From contig NC_086108.1 of the NCBI RefSeq assembly GCF_963921235.1, forward strand, positions 61,754,001-61,818,000: a stretch of 64,000 bases of DNA, given 5' to 3'. A program made the translations under genes and the position numbers. The DNA comes from Mobula hypostoma. Lineage: Eukaryota. A model generated the notes under the pieces. That model made no database searches and had not been told where the DNA came from. It was given only the letters and a program-made list of their open reading frames with translations. Below are positions 27,481 through 41,488 of this stretch, piece after piece (the stretch's first letter is position 1; each line of letters starts with the position of its first letter).

Positions 27481-29645
27481 TGCAGGTTTGTGAAGGTACT
27501 TTGGGAGTATTGCCTTTATGGGTGGATATGCCATTGTCTTCTGACTCTTAATCTTCCCCAACAGATTACTCCATTCAATCGATGCCAAGTATTCCTGTGC
27601 TGGGGGAAAAATTCACTTTGCTATCAACCCTCATAATGAAGAATAGTCAGTTGAATGAAGCTTAAGGGGCCAACAGAAATTTGAGAATACTCACCAGCAA
27701 AGTATATGCCTTCAGTAGAGAAAAGAACACATTCATAAAGAAGAGAAAAAAACATAAAGTTGACCTGCTTCTCCAAAGTACAGCTTTTGTCAATCCTAGC
27801 TAGTTTATTGAATATTTGTGTCAAGTTTTGTTTATGGGCCCTTTGTTTCTGGTATCACTTCATCATATCCACTAAGTAAAGCGGGATGAAATCATCCTTC
27901 CCCCAAAGACATCTTTAATTTTTAAAAAGGATTACAGGATGCTCAGTGTTGCAACAAGAACATGGCAGATGCTCATTAGAGCAAGAATGTGCACCCTGCA
28001 TGCATTAATAAATCTGCTCCAAAATTGATACTGGATTTCTTTATGAAATATGACCACATAAACCTTGTTTACTTTGCCAAGGACAAATTCCGCTGACTGA
28101 AAGATTACCTCTAAAAACTGAAAAGCTGTTTGTGAGTAAACTGATACAAAGTTGTGTAATCTTTCTGATACAGTATAATTGAGAAATTACCCTCATGACT
28201 TTAAGATCTTCTTCAGAGCGAGGGTTGACAGTTTGGGATAATAGAGCATTTTTCATTTTCCTTCTGTTGACAGTGTCAAGAAGGTCAACTATAGGATGGT
28301 TACTGTAAGTACCAGCATCAGTAAGTATCAGCAATGCACTTTCAACTCTTAACACTTCTCACTGCTTAAAGCAAAAAATAATATTCACCCAATGTCAAAG
28401 ACAAGTTTCAGTTTTAGAAAGTAATTTAAGATAAAGCACAAGTATATTAAAATGAAATATCACAACTACTTTGTTCTTCATTTTAAGTTAGCATTTTATA
28501 TTGACACCTCAAACCACCAAAGAATCTTATTTTCACCTTCTGTTAATTACACGTTTTAATCTTAGAGAATGTATTTTATAACAATTAAAGATAACCTCTC
28601 CCTTTTTGTCTCCTTCCACATCTATGGGGTCCAGCAATAGGTTGTATAGGAATATGAATTGGTACCTCAAACAATGTTTCCTTAATTTATTCTTATGTGA
28701 GTGATGCTAGTGAGTCAATCTCTACTGACCAGCGTTAATTGCATTGTATGTAATAAATAGACCCAGCTCCTATAAATTGCAATAAAGATAGCAGGGCATT
28801 TTTGTTTTAATTTATTAGAAAAGGAAATAGTGTCAGAGGACTGAGAGATAACTAATGATATTGCTGTATTTACAAAGAGAGAGCAAGTACTGGGAATTAT
28901 AGGGTGGTCGCTCAACATCATGGCCAGTAATGTTATTGAAATTGTTCCTCAAAGGTATAGCAGAAGAATACTTAGAAAGTGAAAATATTATTGTATAGTA
29001 AGAGGCAACTTCCAACGTGAAGATAATACTTTTAGTTTAGTTTTCCGTTAGTTTTTGAAATAACAGAAAAGAGAAAATCAAAGCAAAATATGTCATGTAT
29101 TTGGAATGGATTTTCTAAAGGTATTTGATAAAAGTGCTGCATATTTGGCTCATGATCAAGGTCAGAGCATAGATAGTCCAGGGACAGATTGCAGGTTAGC
29201 CATAAAATAGTAAGATCAGAGGGTAACAGTGGGTTCTCAAACAAGGACAAAAATATAGGAAAAATCCTGCACATTGGATGCATCGTCTGTAGTCAGACAC
29301 AAGCCAGCCAGACCTGATGGCTTAGCAGCTGACCTTATCTGAAGGACATTCGGTGTTTCTACAATAACTGGAATATTGTCATTCCCATTTTTCTAAAGCT
29401 GGTCCACTAAGCACCTGATTTATTAAATTCTGTTTCATGACTTGTTATGATTACATTTGAACTCAAGACCTTCAAGCTCTGAGTCCAGAAGTGCAACCAT
29501 TACTTTGCTGCAACATAAATTCAAATTTTAGAGATAATTGAATTCAGATTTCCCAGTGATGAGATAGAGAATCCTCAGAAAACCATTTCCACCATTTCCA
29601 ATATGTAACAATACTTCCTCCTGACAAGGAGGAATCAAGGTAAAT

Positions 29646-31600
29646 CTTAAACACAAGAAGTTCTGCAGATGCTGGAAATCCAGAGCAAGATATGCAAAAT
29701 GTGGGAGGAACTAAGCAGGTCAGGTAGCATTCATGGAAATGAACAAACAGATGATGTTTTGGGCTGAGGATCTTCTTCAGGACTGGAAAGGAAGGTGGAA
29801 GATGCCAGAATAAAAAGCAGGAGAGGGGGGAGGAGGGATAGCTAGAAGGTGATAGGTGAAGCCAGGTGGGTGGGAAAGGTAAAGGGCTGGAGAGGAAGGA
29901 ATCTGAAAGGAGAGGAGAATGAACCACAGAAGAAAGGAAGGCAGAGGAGCACAGGGGGAGATGATAGACAGGTGAGAAGAAAATAAGGCCAGAGTGAGGA
30001 ACAGAAGAAGAGGCAAGGAGGAGGGATTTTTTTTCTGTCTACCCAGACAGAATATAAGGTATCATTCTCCATCCTGAGGGTGGCCTCATCGTAGCACAAT
30101 AGGAGTCCATGGATCAACATGCTGGAATGGGAATCAGTATTAAAATCTTGGATAACCGGGAAGTTCTGCTTTTGGTGGATGGAACGGAGTTGCTTGACAA
30201 AGCAGTCCCCCAGTTTATAGGATGGGCCTCACCAATGTAGAGGAGGCCAATTTAGGAGCACCAGGTGCAATAGACAACCCCAGCAGATTCACAGGTGAAG
30301 TGCTGCCTCATCTGAAAGGACTGTTTAGTGCCCTGACTGGAAGTGAGGGAGGTGTGGCATTTTGGCCGCAAGGATAAGTGTCAGGAGGGAGATTAGTGAG
30401 AAGGAATGAATGGACAGGGGACAGGGGAATCACAGAGGGAATGATTCCTGTGGAAAGCGGAGAGTGGGGAGGAGGTAAAGACGGTTTGGTGGTAGGTTCT
30501 TTTTGCAGATGGCGGAAGTTGTGGAGAATGATGTGTTGGATGCGGAAGCTCATGGGAGGTAGGTAAAGACAAGAGGAAATCTATCACCGTTAAAGTGGTG
30601 GGAGGATGGAGTGAGAGCAGATGTTCAGGGAATAGTGGCAAGGTGTGTGAGAGCAGCAGCAAAGGTGGAGGAAGAGAAACTCTATTCTTTGAAGGAGGAG
30701 GACATCTCTGATGTCCAGGAAAAGAAAGCCTCATCCTGGAAACAGATGTGATGGAGATGAAGGGACTGAGAAAAGGGTATAGCATTTTTACAGGAGACAG
30801 GGTGGGAAGAGGTATAGTTATGGGAATCAGTAGGTTTATAAAAGATGTTGATCAACAGTTTGTCTCTAGGGGTAGAGACAAAGAGATCGAGAAAGGGGAG
30901 GGAGGTGTCAGAAATGGCCAAAGTGAATTTAAGGACAGGGTGGAAGATGGAGGCGAAGTTGACAAAACTGACGAGCTCAGCATGGGTGCATGAAGAGCAC
31001 CAATGCAGTTGCCAATGTAACGGAGTAAGAGCTGGGGAGCATTATGGGGGTAAACTTGGAACAGAGACTATTCTACCTAGCCAACGAAAAGGCAGGCATA
31101 GCTGAGATCCATGCAGGCGCCCATGGCTACCCCTCAAGTTGGGTGAAAGTGGAAGGAGCTGAAGGAAAAATTCTTGAGGGTGAGGACTAGTTCTGTCAGA
31201 TGGTGGAGGGGCACTGGCTGGTTCCAGAAGAACTGGTGGGAAGGGATTGAACCAAGTGGGATAGAATGGAGTCGAGGTATGAGGACACGATTTCAGTGGG
31301 GCAGGAGCAGGCAGAGACAATGGACCTACCTGAACAGTCAGGTTTGTAGATCTTGGGTAGGAGGTAGAAGCGAGCAGTACAGGGTAAAGGAACTGAGTTT
31401 GGTGGCAGTGAATGGGAGTTCTCCAGAGTTCATGAGCTCAGTGGTGGTGTCTGATGGTCTGGAGTGGGGTTCTCTTCAAGGGGTAGCTTTGAGAAGGGAT
31501 CTGAGAGTTGCCACCAGGCCTCAGCAAGATAGAGGGAAGCCCACCACTCTACAACAGTACCCCTTTTGTGGAGGGCAGTGCCTCCAGAGGAGGTAAGGTT
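29646..31600 (-). mobile_element. Penelope-like element, RT + GIY-YIG, degenerate
   Basis: GVAMGACMDLSYACLF (~31090-31135), RYIGNCIG (~31000-31023), SLPFLDL...FYKPTDSH...SSHPVSCKNAIPFSQ (ORF 30682-30921) and GVVYCTWCS*IGLLYIGE (~30228-30280). Confidence 0.9.
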
Positions 31601-33147
31601 GGAGGAGGAAAGAGGAGTGTTGAAGTTGAGTTGATGTCTCATCTGCTGAAGTTGAGTCAGTTGTTGACTGTTCACTCATTTCAGGCTCAAACATTCCTAC
31701 AGTTAGCAGACGATATAGTTGGACACAATGCATCGCTGCCTCTGTCAAGCATAGCAACATGCCTGTGCCCAGTCTGAGGCAGTTCTCTCTATCGAACCAA
31801 CATGAGCAACAGTTCCTGCAGTCTGCACTGCTCTAATAATGCACCTTACCTCAAATACAGATCAGCATTTCTCACCACATTGACGCATTTCAGATCAGCC
31901 ATCCTATGGTTCTAATGCGTAAAACATACAATTAAAATCAGTTTTGCACCATGGTTTGTGCTCTCCAGGAATTAAATTCAATGTCACCAGGATTAGTTTG
32001 AAGGCTTACCGCACATAAGACAGAAGAATTATTCACTGTCATTCTAAATTGGTTTGAACCATGGTCCCAGATGGAAGAAACCACTGCTTGCACCTACCGT
32101 TCTGCCTGCAAGCTTTGCTTTTGTTAACAACATAGATATGATCTTATTTCTTAAAAAGTGCAGAAGCTCGTTGTTGTAGGCACTTATACGGCATTTACAG
32201 ACCAGAAGTGGAAGCTATATCTAAATATTAACACTGCCTTGAGACTGGAGGACAGAGGTGTTTCCCCAAAAATGATGAGTAATACAGCAAACCTGGGACT
32301 GGACAGAATAAATACAAAATAAGAATGAACACAAAACCCATGTGGCAGAAATATTAAAGCTGCTGATTATTCTTCATCACACACATGATAATGTTCACTG
32401 TATTTTCAGAGACCTTATTGATTACATTACATATTATTAGTAAAATATGAGGCCAGAAACAGACCTATATTTGGTAAACCTAAACAAACTATATTGTAAC
32501 AAGAGAATATTATGTATATTATGTTGACTTCGAATTCTAAAACTCATGGCAAATTATAATATGCTGTCATTAATTATGGTGCACATACCACTAAAGACCA
32601 CAGATAAAATTCTGGACAAATGCTTAATTGTCAAATGTAACGCTCATATATGAATAAACAGCCATTTTTTTGTTTTTCCACTGTTTCTAAATTATATTTC
32701 TTCCGATTTTCCAACATTATTAGACATTATAGACATAAATTGTAGAAGTTACACTTCCAATAAATTCTGGCCATGCATACAGGCTTATCAAGAGGCCTTC
32801 TGATTTGCTGATGTGAAACAGATATAATGCAGAAAATGTGTTCAGTCTATACTTAGACTGGAGAATATATTTTTGGGGTGTCCCAGGTATTGCTATATTC
32901 AAAACAATAAATGAAGCAATGTGAGAAAACTAAATTTTATTCTATTATATAACTAATTTGAAACCTAGTATTGCAAACTGCAGAGTAACTAACAAGTATA
33001 AAACATGTACAAGAGGTTGTGATAATATTCTCAATTACTAGCCGGTGCATGAATTACCCTTAGGTTTGCAGTATCACCTTCTCCCACCAAGCTGAGCCTC
33101 TGAGTAAAATTTCTCATCAGGCTGATCTAACTCAAACATCTCAAGCA

Positions 33148-33515
33148 TTAGAATCAGAATCAAGTTTAATGATGTGAAATTTGTTGTTCTGCTGCAGCAA
33201 CACGGTGCATCAGTTAAAAAAAAATTATAAATTAAATAAGAGATATACATACATGTACATATATGCATACACGCACACACGTACGTATATATTATATTAA
33301 ATAAATAGTGAGAAAACAAGAGCCAACAAATAGTAAGGCGGTGGCGTTCATGGCTTGATTCATTGACTGTTTGATAGTGAAGGGGAAGAAGTTGTTCCTG
33401 AAACATTGAATGTGTGCTTTCAGGCTCCTGTACCTCCTCCCTGGTGGTAGCAAAGAGAAGAGGGCATGTCCTGGGTGATGAGGATTCTTCATGATGGATG
33501 CCACCTTACATCTAT
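33148..33515 (-). mobile_element. Rex1/Babar-type LINE 3' end
   Basis: ORF 33292-33582 (KVASIMKNPHHPGHALFSLLPPGRRYRSL...FRNNFFP). The tail is AGAATCAGAATC on the plus strand. Confidence 0.85.
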
Positions 33516-33609
33516 GAAATTTTGAGAGTATAGTCACTAATAACAGCACAATGGGGCTCAATACCATTGAGCAAAAGATCATGGAATGCAGATGCGCATT
33601 GAGTTGACA

Positions 33610-33922
33610 AAGTGGTGCAGTTAATATAGCTGCTGAATCAGAGTTCAGTGTGTTGAGAGTTCAATACTGACTTCTAGTGCTTTCAATGTGGAGTCTGCAC
33701 ATTCTCCGTCACCATATTGTTTTACTCTGTGTACATTGTTCCTTCCCACAATCTAAAGATGAGTAGGTTCATTGGTTAATCTGTAAACTGCTACTTTTGT
33801 ATAACCAGTAAGAGAGGATGATGGGAATGTAGAGATTAAAATTAGACTAGTTTAGCAGTAGTGTAAATGCTTGCTTGATGTTAGCATGAACTTGATGGGC
33901 AGAAAGGCCTGTTTCCACGCTA
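33610..33922 (+). mobile_element. tRNA-derived V-SINE (degenerate)
   Basis: B-box-like GAGTTCAATACT, V-domain TGTGGAGTCTGCACATTCTCC...CCCACAATCTAAAGATG, and tail GATGGGCAGAAAGGCCTGTTTCC. Confidence 0.7.
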
Positions 33923-36544
33923 TATATATATTTAATGAAATAAAAACTACAGCAAGTGTTGGAAGATTGATGTGCTATAGATTATTATAGAAAATGGTTA
34001 GCCTTATAGAGAAAACAGGTTACACTTCTCAAGAATTTACTGGACTAGGGGACTGTCTGCTATGGCCGAGCAACCAGTTCAAAACGTTGTCAATGGCACA
34101 TTAAGGCTGTCAACTGACAATAAACCCTTCACAAGCTAAAACTTCTTGGCATCAATACATCTTTAGACCTTCCTATTTTTCAGCTAGGTGAATTCCAGAG
34201 CGAGGACAGAAGGTTATGCTCTAAAGTTCTCCAAATCAATTAGAATATAAACAATGACTGCATTAATTAACTTCACTGAATTAGGTTTGGCATTGCTCTT
34301 AGCATGTAATAGCACATTTTCCTATACAGGTATACATAGATACAGAAACTGCATGCTGATTTCCTGTATTATCAACTTTCCATAATGGGAAGATAAAAAT
34401 CTCATAACTACAATTTTGCTCAATAGTTTTATTTCTCTAACTCCAATAATGACTCAACAACTAGTGCTAATTTGCTTCACTAAATAGCAAGAAAATAAAC
34501 CTTTTAAATACTGCCCAAGTAGAAATCTTTTATAATACTTGCCCTTAAATTTATGACATTTTGAATACACTTTCAACTTGAGACCTCAGATCAAGATAAA
34601 TGAATTTATTGGTTGAGATATTCATCTAGAGAAACAGTTGTAAATAAATAGAATTCCATGATACTCAGTTCTATTAAATCAGCTCAACAGTATTACAGGC
34701 TGTTGCTAAGATAGCATCGATGAAAAATGTCTCCTAACAATAGACCTGGCATTATACATACCTGGGTTTATGTGCTTTTATTTAGTTGCAAATAATTTCT
34801 TATTAAAGTCAGAGATAACCATTTTAATAACTTTCATATTATCCAGTAAATACATCATTCTAATACAGTAATGTTGGATGTCTAGGTAGAACAATAATAG
34901 TGATTCAGGATTTGAATGTAGATGTCGCCATTGAGTGGTGTAGGGGATACATTTTTGCAGTACTAAATTTTCAGTTCTATGATCTAAAGATACCTGCCAA
35001 GAAATTGGTAGTGTTAAATATCCATTTTATTTTTGTCAGCATATTACAACCTACTTCTGAAATTATATTGAAGTCCACGGAAGCAATTTGCATGAGTTTT
35101 TGCTCAATCAATATTTTTTTTTACACGTTTAGTGCTGCCAATTACAGATTAATTTCTAGCCACACATCTTAGAAACATATATTCTCTGTGACCTGATAAA
35201 CTGTAAGGTTTCTTGAGAAATAGATTTGCAGACCACAGAAATGATTTTCCTGTCCTTTCTGCTGTGGCTCCATCTCATCCTAACACAAGGAGTTAAATTA
35301 TCACAATAGTCTCAAATATTTGAACAGAGTGAGTCTACAAATATTGACGGTCTTGCTGTCAAAATAATGGCAAGGTTAATGTAGCTCACCTTTAAGAGAA
35401 AATGGTACAACAACTGCAGGCGAGGTGCAGATGTACAATTAAATGCCAATATCCCAAAGTTGCAATTGAAAGTACACCGCTCCATTAGCTTTGGGAAAAT
35501 GGCACTTCACTGGTTACTACATGAATGTAATGCATTAAACCAGCATGTACTTCCACAGAAAAGGTACAAAAAAAATCTAACCTTAAATGATGTCATATAA
35601 AAATAACTTTTGATAGTGTCGATCTCAAAGGAGGTTCTACAATACTGAAAATCAATTCACTAATTTGTGCCCATTTTCTTCCTTTGAAATCAGCTGCAAA
35701 AAATGCAATTCTCCTATTGGCTAAGAAGTGACAAGATAAATAACTCAGATGAAAATCATTTTAGAACGATTTGGGACGTATGATTTGAGGGAAGGTAGAA
35801 TAGTTCAGAATTAACTTTTGTTTCTCTCACCCATTATTGAGAAAGCACTTCCCCTCAACCCCAATTCTACCTGCTCACCATCTCATCAGATTATATGATA
35901 CAAGGATGAATGCCATATCAAGTAGCAAATAGAGCAACTGGAACAAGGATCTACTGTAAGTAGGCCAGTAGAACAACATTTAGTGCTGCCATGGTGATAT
36001 GAAGTGTCTTGACAAGGAGATACATTCTATCACTGCATTTGTTTTTGTCATCTGAACAACACCTATTTACATAGACTGAGGTCCCATTTTCCTTGAGAAA
36101 TTATTAGGAAATCAGAAGTAAGTCTTATTAAATACACTGCTGCATCTCGGTATAAATAACCAATTATACATCAGCTATATCAGTCACACTCATCAAGTGC
36201 CGTTGTACAATTCTCCGATATTTTGTATCAGCTTGAATTCAGTTGCCTTCTGACATAATTTGAAGTGTCTCACCAGTGTATTATTGAAAATTTGGGAGAA
36301 CAATGCTTACTCCCAGGGATACTGAGAGAGAATCAACATTGACGTAAAATTGTCTCCTGGCTAGCCTCACTATCTGCCGGTGAGTGCTTCAGAGCATCTT
36401 TCATATGGACACTTCAACATAGTTCTCAAGGAGTAAAGGACATTTCTTTTTGGTGTATTTTTATTAAATAAAAATCTGGTTTTATCAAAAGAATCTTGTT
36501 ATCAGAATGAGTAAAATGCTGAATATCTGCAAGAAGATGCTTAC

Positions 36545-36860
36545 TTTCCATAACATAGGATGCATTTTGGAACAGTCAAACAGCCCCGCCAGTCCCATTC
36601 TCCCTTATTTTCCCTGTAGCCTTGCCTCTCTATTTTCTTTCATGTGCCCACCAACTCTCCTTTGGTTCCTTTAACAGTCACCATATGTGATAATTTATAG
36701 CAGCTAATTAACCTACTAGACCACATGTTATGAGATGTGCGAAGAAACCCATGCAGCCATGGGAAAGTAATATATACCCCATACAGACAACACTCGAGGT
36801 CAGAACCGAACCCAGCTCCTGGAGCTGTAAGGCAGCAGCACGGCCTGATACACCACTCTA
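36545..36860 (-). mobile_element. tRNA-derived V-SINE (degenerate)
   Basis: The reverse complement has GCTGCCTTACAGCTCCAGGAGCTGGGTTCGGTTCTGACCTC (tRNA-like head) followed by a V-domain-like sequence. Confidence 0.65.
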
Positions 36861-38204
36861 CACTCAACAATAAGTGCAAGCTAATAGTTTAGTGTGTGAC
36901 ATTTCACAATTACAAACCATTGTTGCTTCTATTTCACAGGCTGTTTGACAGGATAAGTATCTTCTCTTTTGTTTTTAAATTATGCCTTTGCACTGAGCAG
37001 TTAAAGAAAATTTAATTAAGGCATGGTGCCTGATGGATCATGGGAAAAAACTTTACTATTAATATTGGAAAAAAAGCTTTTTAGATTAAACTGAATAACA
37101 GGAACTATAATTATTGATGCAAGTCTGATTAAGAGAGGCTTCAGTGGATTTTAATGCATTCTAAACTGTTGTTCATTATAAATGGTTGTTAAAAATCGGC
37201 CAACTGACAAGGTGCAAGTATGCAACAGTCACCATAGGAACAGTTGCCAAACAGTTGGTGAAGCACTAGGTTCATCTGACAGGTGCCAAGAGAAAAGCAG
37301 AAATATTTAATTACCAGATGAAGCTCCTGGAGGAGGCTCTGCTTCATTTAGTTTTACTGGCATAATCAGCTCTCTGCATTTCAGAAGATATGGAGTTTCC
37401 CAGTGCACAAATATGCCTGTTATTTACTGTTGTCAGAAATGAACATTAATAGGCTTACAATTCTTGCAATTAATATTGAAAAAAAATGCTGGCATAATAA
37501 TTAAGAGGTATTTTCTTATTCCCAATCAAACTTAATTAACACAATTTCCCAATTACTCAGGCACTGAACAAAGAATGGCTCTTGTTAAGGTACAGCCATT
37601 CATAGTGTCAAAAGTCATTAGGAACCACTGCAGTAGATTTTAAGATTTGGCTGGCTGCATACATTATTTTTTACTGGTTTTCTTTCAAACAGCTTGATTT
37701 ATATGCATCGATGAAAAGCATATTGAATTAAAATTCAGGACGGAAAGACTTCCCTGGAAAAGCTGGGACATAATTTTATTCTTTTCTTCACAAATACTCA
37801 GAAATTAATAGCATTCACTATGAGGTGCCTTCCTCCAAAATCAGCAATGATCTTGGGTGTTTTGATGAAAGGGACAGGAAACCATTCTGATTATACAAGC
37901 AATTAAGTACTGGCAATACAATATCATATGATTCCCCTATAAACATCTTAAGCTGCTACACAGTCATACAGTTACAGATTGACAGTACTTGGCTATTATT
38001 TACACTCCACCACGGAAGGGAAAATTTACACTCAAGGGTTCCTGTCAATAACAGTACCACATTCTCTGATACTTAGATTAAGCACATGGATGGGAAAAGG
38101 CTCAGATTTTTAGCTTGCTGAGTTTCCCCAACATGTATGCAGAGGAGATCCGCAAGCCTATTAATTTCGATGGGAAATGTACAGCTGTGAAAAACAAAGA
38201 ATAA

Positions 38205-38460
38205 AATTTTATTTAATTTTATTTAGAGATACAGCATGGAATAGGCCCTTCCAGCACTTCGAGCTGCGCTGCCTAGAAACCCCCAATTAAATCCTAGCCT
38301 AATCGCAGGACAATTTACAATGACCAATTAACCTACTAACCAGTAGGTCTTTGGACTATGGGAGGAAACTGGGGCACCCAGAGCAAACACACATTCCACA
38401 GGAAGGACATACAGGTTCCTTACGGATGACATTGGAAAAGAACTCTGATCTCCAGTGTCC
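38205..38460 (-). mobile_element. V-SINE, same family as 18875-19153
   Basis: Shares CCTAATCxCAGGxxxATTTxxAATGACCAATTAAxCTACTAA...GGGAGGAAAC with the 18.9 kb copy. Confidence 0.75.
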
Positions 38461-39251
38461 CATGTGTTGTGTTTATGTGTTCTAGTTATATTTCTTTCAC
38501 ATTTCTATTTTGTTTTAAATTGTGTCAAGAACATAGGAAACAGAAGCAGGATTTGGTCCTAAGATCCCTCGTGACTGCTCCCTCGGACAGAAAGATCATG
38601 CCTGACCTTTCACAGCACTGCTACTTTTTTTTTGCATACTCAAGCTGAGTGGCAACAGGCCTTCAAGAAATATAATCAGTGACAAAGGGTGGGCAAGAAT
38701 AATATATTCAAGATAGATAGATAACTTATATAAACATCTATCAATATCTATCTTAACCATACAATATTCAGCAATTGAACCTCCACAGGTCACAAGGCTA
38801 GAGCTTCCTAATAATTTTGCACCCTCTGTTTGAAGAAATTGCTCCTTATGTCAATTTGAATGGCCAGCCAGTTACTCTGAAACTTGGACACCAAGTTCTA
38901 GATGCCTCAATAAGCATAAATATTGACTTCGCATCCATCTTGTCAAGCCTTTAGAAATTTTGTTCATTTAATTGCATATGAATGTCAAAGGGCTTCATAA
39001 CAAAGAAAAACTACAACTGAGGCAGATTGCAAAGCTAAGTACAGAGCTTTACCATTTAGAGGTTCCTAAGATATCAGCATGGACAAAAAAAGTAGTTCTT
39101 TCCCAGCCGTGTTACTGATTACACTTGTTGAGGTCCTGTTGCAATTCAGCTCCAGGGCTCCGCTTCCAATTCTCTCAACTTGGGAGAAGGGCATTCTAGC
39201 TCCTGAGGAGGTCCTTCTAGGGAATGAGAAATGGAAAACACTTGGCTACAA

Positions 39252-39602
39252 CAGTGGTCCCCAACCTCCGGGCCACGGACCGATATGGGGCCGCGAAGAA
39301 TGCAGTGGTGCAGCGGTAGCCGGAATGCACCCAGCACATCTTTAAGAAAAAAGCCAAAATAAACAAGCTAATTAATTAGGTGCCGCCCGGAATGTAAATG
39401 TCGGCCCAGATCAGGGATGACGCAATCAGCAATCGCCTCTGATCTGAGCCGACATTTACGTGCCGGGCGGCACCTAATCAGTTAGCTTGTTTATTTCAGC
39501 TTTTTTCTTAAAGATGTGCTGAGTGCGTTCTGGCTACCGCTGCACCACTGAATTCTTCACGGCAATGTATCGGTCCGCGGCCCGAAGGTTGGGGACCCAC
39601 TG
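39252..39602. mobile_element. Palindromic hAT-type MITE with 8-bp TSD
   Basis: TIR CAGTGGTCCCCAACCT / AGGTTGGGGACCCACTG. Inverted arms of ~172 bp meet at a ~5-nt loop (39424-39428). TSD GGCTACAA (39244-39251) / GGCTTCAA (39603-39610). Confidence 0.92.
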
Positions 39603-40794
39603 GGCTTCAACAGCAGAAGGCATTCAGGAAATCCAGGCCAATTTCTTCTCTCTACAGATGTTATCTGATCTGGTGGGCATTTTCATCATCTTTGTTTTTT
39701 ATTGCACAGAAGAAATAACAGTAAACATTTTATTTGTGTAAACCAAGAAGTGAAAAGGAAAACGTTATTACTCTAGAATAAAAATTGTAAGAATCAATAT
39801 TTACGTGTTGATGCAGACAAAGAATTATTCAGTTTACTTGCTTTATAATTTAAATTGAAGATTTTTTCAAGATATTATTGAGTTGCCTGCATCTTTGGAC
39901 AAACACACTTGACCCCCTTAACCAGATTCGCCTTAGAAATTCACAGGAATGGAAATTTTACTTTGCTCAGGAGAATAACTTTCAAAACTTGCATTTCTTC
40001 CTCAAGTACACAGAGCATAATCTCTAGGGTTCAAGCCTTAGCTACAGATCAATCTTTCTTTTCAAATACTCTATTCACAGGAGATTTTTTTCTTTCATCA
40101 TATTTTAGCAAAAATCAGCACTTCTGCATTTCACATTGCAATTATGTCAGTCTGGTTTAATATTATTCTTTTGATTTATCGCAAATCAGAGCAACGTTAA
40201 TAATTACCAGTTTCCAAGCACTTTTCCATAGGAAAGGACTAGGGCGCTTCATTCATTCCCAAGGACTTGCTCCAGTTTAATCAGGTGTAATGTCTTACTC
40301 TACCTAGGAACCTATCCAATTTGTTTATCCCCTGTAAAGCAGGACTGTATTAGTCTCTTATATTTTGATCCATTTACTCCAATTAAAAACTAATTTGGGA
40401 CAAGGGCTGCAGTTCTCTGGAATCTAAGTAGAGACTATTCTCTAAGAAAAAGATTGGAAATATTCACAAGGTCAGTCTGTGTAGAGAGAAACAGATTTAA
40501 TATCCTGGATTAGTGACTTTACATCTGGACTGGATGTCGGAGATGTAACAGATATTTGAGCAAGAAGAGTAAGTCAGGAAAACCTAATAAAATAGCAAAG
40601 TATGGGTGTAGCAGAAGTATAATCATGATCCATATTTCTGTTTACACCATCTATGGAATCAGTTTTGATTCTTTTTCCACTTGCACTATTAACACTTCTG
40701 TGATTTAATGCTTGCCACATTTCACCCACCGCAGACCTCCCTATTTTTAGTTCTTCTTCCTCCACCACACACCTCACACCACTTTCCTGTCTCA

Positions 40795-41440
40795 CAAACA
40801 CAAGAGAATCTGCAGATGATGGAAATCCAGACCGACACACAAAGTGTTGGAGAAATTAATCAGGCCAGGCAGCATCTCAGGAGGGGGATAAACAGTCGAC
40901 GTTTTCGGACCAAGACCATTCATCAGGACTGGGAAGGAGGGGGGGGGAAGAAGCTAGAATAAGGTTGTTGGGGGGGGGAGGGAAAGAGCAGAAGCTGGCA
41001 GGTGAGAGGTGAAACCAGGTGAGGGGGAAGGTGGGTTTATGGGTGAGAGGTTGGGAGGTGATAGCTGAAAAAGGTAAAGGGCTGAAGAAGGAATCTGATG
41101 GAAGACAGTAGACCATGAGAGAACAGGAAGGAGGGGCACCAGAGGAAGGTGATGGATAGGTGAGGAGAAGGGAGCCAGGAAGGGGGATGGTAAAAGAGAG
41201 AAGGGGTTGGTGGGAGAAATTACTGGAATTTAGAAGAATCAATGTTCATGCCAACAGGTTGGATACTACCCACATGGAACATGAGATGTTGTTCCTCCAA
41301 CCTGACAGTGGCCTATTCATGGCAGTACAGGAGGCCATGTCAGAATGGGAATGAGAAGTAGAATTAAAATGGGTCTCCACCTGGAAATCTCACCTGTTGC
41401 GGCAGACAGAGGGAAGGTACTTTACAAAGCAGTCCCCTAG
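40795..41440 (-). mobile_element. Penelope-like element 3' fragment
   Basis: Homologous to 29646-30210 (CACAAGAGAATCTGCAGATG.TGGAAATCCAG... terminus and GIY-YIG tail). Confidence 0.8.
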
Positions 41441-41488
41441 CTTCCCTGTCTCTGCAGTTTCTTAAAACTTCCAACTTCTTACCCTTCT

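Noticed and set aside
28041..28355. 104-aa minus-strand ORF in unique sequence as a coding exon
   Set aside because: No recognisable domain and no convincing pair of splice sites. The length is compatible with chance.
33610..33680. tRNA gene
   Set aside because: Only a decayed tRNA-like SINE head, with no cloverleaf.
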